Assembly: GCF_947255005.1 (NCBI RefSeq) | Contig: NZ_CAMYFI010000001.1 | Span: 27,591-91,590, forward strand | DNA from: an uncultured Tessaracoccus sp. | GTDB lineage: Bacteria > Actinomycetota > Actinomycetes > Propionibacteriales > Propionibacteriaceae | Length of the DNA: 64,000 nucleotides | Reading direction: 5' to 3' | In this document: positions 61,207 to 64,000 of the stretch, in pieces | How the letters are laid out: every line of letters starts with the position of its first letter | Numbering within the stretch: the stretch's first letter is position 1 | Position numbers and translations under genes: made by a program | Notes under the pieces: generated by a model | The model's database searches: none | What the model was told of the DNA's origin: nothing | What the model saw: the letters and a program-made list of their open reading frames with translations, nothing else

Positions 61207-61821
61207 ATGGAATGGCTGTGGCTCGTCGGGGCGGTGGTGCTTGGCCTGGCCTTGCTGTGCGTGGCTACGGTGACCGATCGCCGCGAGCTCCGACGTGCTC
61301 AGCGCGAGGCGGTCGTCGTGCCGCCCAGGGGCAACGACACCGTCGACGCCCACGTGCCCACCTACATCACCCAAGCCGAGATCGACGCCCTCCCCGACAT
61401 CGAGGGGCAGCGGGAGTCTCCCGTAGGGCAACGGTTCGACGCCCGGGTCGCGCACCGCACGCTCCTGCCAGCCCGCGGACGCGCTCACCTCGACTCCCCC
61501 CGCGTGCTAGTCGTCGACGGGCCGATCACCAGCATCCGGCAGCTCCTCCCTGCCCTCGCTGCCAGCAACCCGTTGGCGATCATCGCGGACACCGTGCACG
61601 ACGAGGTGGCGCGCACGGTGCAGGCCAACCGCAAATACTCCGCGATGCCGCTACTGGTGCTCACTGCGGCGGCGAAGGAGCGCGCACGCATCGCAAAACA
61701 TGTGCACGCCCAGCCGCTCACCGACGACGACCTGCGGGCAGGTTATGTGCCCGACGAAGCGTATGGCGGCGCGGCGTCACTGGATGCTGACGCCCACCAC
61801 GTCTGGATCGACGTCGGTTAA
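61207..61821 (+). CDS. Hypothetical protein with N-terminal TM helix
   Basis: ORF with MEWLWLVGAVVLGLALLCVATV hydrophobic start. No recognisable domain. Confidence 0.4.
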   Translation: MEWLWLVGAVVLGLALLCVATVTDRRELRRAQREAVVVPPRGNDTVDAHVPTYITQAEIDALPDIEGQRESPVGQRFDARVAHRTLLPARGRAHLDSPRVLVVDGPITSIRQLLPALAASNPLAIIADTVHDEVARTVQANRKYSAMPLLVLTAAAKERARIAKHVHAQPLTDDDLRAGYVPDEAYGGAASLDADAHHVWIDVG

Positions 61822-61825
61822 CCAC

Positions 61826-63297
61826 TCACCACCAGGGGCGCGACTCGACCGGCTGGGGGTGCTCTTCGAACGTGCGCGCCCACGAACTGGCGTCCGGTGG
61901 CAGCGCGTCGGGGCGCGCCTCCTCCACCATCGCTCGCAGAGCCCGCTTCGCGCTGACGATGTCGTCGCGGCGCTCCTGTGGTTCCGGCTCCTCCAGCCAC
62001 GCCTGTTCCAACCGCAGGCATTGGAGGCGCTGCTCGATGATCCGACGGTGTCTGCGGCGATGCTGGGCATCAAGCTCGAGGTGCGCTTCGGCCGCCCTTA
62101 GCCAACCGTGTGCGGCGTTGATGCGCGTCAGGCCAGGGTGCACCGTCATCGCATCATGCACTGGCACGTTTGGGTAGATGTTGATGGCCTTCGCGGAGAT
62201 CGCGTACTCGAGCTCGTCGCGCCCGGCCTCGTCAATGAGGATATCCGTGGCGCGCATCACCACATCGAAGATGGATGCGTCGGCCATGTTCGCCCGCGGC
62301 GTGACGCCGCCGGTGTGGCTCGACAGCACGTAGTTGCGCGACGCGCCCATGAGTCCGATGGCAAGCTCAGCCGGCAGATTCTCCCTGGTTCCACCGTCGA
62401 CGTACGTCTCATCGTCGATGGGCACGGCGCGGAACACGCCGGGGATGGAACACGAAGCGAGCAAGCCGTGGACGAGATCATGCTCGGCGTCATCCCACGG
62501 CTCGTTGTTGCGGTCGACGAGCTTGCCTTCCTCGGTCATGTAGCGCAGCTCGCCCGATTCGAGCGCGACGAGCGCAATCCTGAGGCGCATACCCGACGAC
62601 GCCACTCGCGCAGGCTGGAAGAAGGCAGGCTCCAGGAGGTCTTGCAGCACCGGGCCTGGGCGGTACATCGACTGGGTCTGCTCCAAGCCCGACCAGATGG
62701 CCGACATGTCCGTGCCGATACGCGGAATTTGCCCGATGTGGCTGGCGATGGCCGAGAGGTGCTCCAGCGACCACTGTGGCCGGATCTCACCGTCGGGCGT
62801 GAGCGCCATCTCCACGGGGTCGAGCGGCGAATCTGGCGAGCTCGGGGTGGCGGGCGAATCTTGGTCGCGTCGGGTAAAGAAATTGGGCAGCGCGAGGCGC
62901 GACGGTGCCTTCTTCGGCTTGGGCGGCGCGGGCGGGGGCTGCACGATTTCCATCCACGACGGCCCCTCATCGCGAAGCTTGCGGAACCAGTTGCGGGGTG
63001 TGAACATCTCCTCAGAGCTACGCATGCCGAACCACAGCTCGCCCAGACGGTCGATCCACTCAGACTGCTCGTGGCGGCTCGCGTATTGGGCGAGCCCAGA
63101 AGCCAGGATTGCGCCCGCGGAGGCGCCGACGAACACCGTCGGGGTGAATTGTTCGTCGTGGCGGTACAGGTATTGCAGAGCGCCGATCTGGAAACTCGCG
63201 CGCGACCCGCCACCCGAAATCGTGCATGACACCACCGCCGGCTCCGGGTGTTTACCGAACAGCGGGAGACCAAACCATCCGCTTCGCATATCAACCA
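61826..63297 (-). CDS. Patatin-like phospholipase
   Basis: Oxyanion-hole motif ISGGGSRASFQIGAL and nucleophile GASAGA (GxSxG). Start taken at MLVDMRSGW. Confidence 0.8.
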
Positions 63298-63311
63298 GCA
63301 TACGTTGACCT

Positions 63312-64000
63312 ATGAGCACGAAAGGGGGACACTCGTGGGTTGTGCAACGTGCCGATCTTTCCAAATTCGCATGGCTGTCCATCGCTGCCGCGCTCGCCAC
63401 GCTCCTGCTGAAAACCGGGGCGTGGTGGATCACCGGGTCGGTGGGTTTGCTGTCGGACGCAGCCGAATCGACGGTGAACCTCGTCGCGGCCATCGTGGCG
63501 CTCATCGCGCTGAAGCTCGCCGCTAAACCCGCCGACGATGCCTTCCACTTCGGGCGAAGCAAGGCTGAGTATTTCTCCGCCGCCACCGAAGGCGTGATGA
63601 TCTTCATCGCGGCCATGGCCATCATCGGTTTCTCGGTCGAGCGGCTTCTCAACCCGCAGCCGCTCGAAGAGGTGGGTATCGGGCTGCTCATTTCGGTGGT
63701 TGCATCGCTCATCAACGGCGCCGTAGCCCTGGTGCTCATTCGCGCCGGCAAGACCCACCGTTCCATCACGCTGCGCGCCGACGGCAAGCACCTCATGACC
63801 GACGTGGTCACCTCGGCTGGGGTGCTCGTCGGGGTTGGGCTCGTGTGGCTGACTGGCTGGATCTGGCTCGACCCGGTCGTGGCGCTGCTCGTCGGGCTGA
63901 ACATCCTCTGGACGGGGTGGAAACTGCTCGCTGAATCCTCGCGCGGTCTGCTCGACGAGGCGCTGCCGGAGGAGGACCGCCGTCAGATCGCAACGATCAT
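63312..64000 (+). CDS. Cation diffusion facilitator family transporter, 3'-partial (runs off the window end)
   Basis: The frame is open from ATG 63312 to the end of the window. TM helices with the CDF motifs ...LLSDAAESTVNL... and ...HLMTDVVTSAGVLVG... Confidence 0.75.
   Translation, partial: MSTKGGHSWVVQRADLSKFAWLSIAAALATLLLKTGAWWITGSVGLLSDAAESTVNLVAAIVALIALKLAAKPADDAFHFGRSKAEYFSAATEGVMIFIAAMAIIGFSVERLLNPQPLEEVGIGLLISVVASLINGAVALVLIRAGKTHRSITLRADGKHLMTDVVTSAGVLVGVGLVWLTGWIWLDPVVALLVGLNILWTGWKLLAESSRGLLDEALPEEDRRQIATI

Overview
This is a high-GC (~68-70%) Actinomycetota chromosomal segment; the gene content looks Micrococcales-like. Most of the window is core metabolism. Purine biosynthesis genes are scattered across it: purC, purS-purQ, purL and purF-purM. 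An adenosine deaminase gene is followed by an RNase HI fusion. There are two carbohydrate loci: a DeoR-GH4-PfkB-ABC transporter locus, and a LacI-GH13 alpha-glucosidase-malEFG locus with an alpha-glucan phosphorylase gene nearby. The window also holds a monomeric isocitrate dehydrogenase, aspartase, HPr, an ECF sigma factor, a cell-wall-anchored tandem alkaline phosphatase, a very large secreted LmbE/PIG-L-domain protein, two CDF metal exporters, a patatin-like phospholipase and a DUF3073 protein. The accessory content is concentrated in four places. First, a 5'-partial lipase-like hydrolase at the window start is translationally coupled to two small genes. Second, a family of ~80-bp nested palindromic elements occurs in three copies, two of which bracket a DUF559 endonuclease-like gene. 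Third, a REP13E12-like HNH (DUF222) gene with a near-consensus promoter sits in dense repeats beside a tRNA-Phe/Asp/Glu cluster. Fourth, the segment between that cluster and tRNA-Lys encodes an SH3b-M15 cell-wall hydrolase with a possible c-di-AMP riboswitch-like leader. The repeats show covarying hairpins. No CRISPR array, integrase or transposase gene was seen. Coordinates of the hand-indexed non-ORF features (repeats, hairpins, tRNAs) may be off by 1-3 bp.
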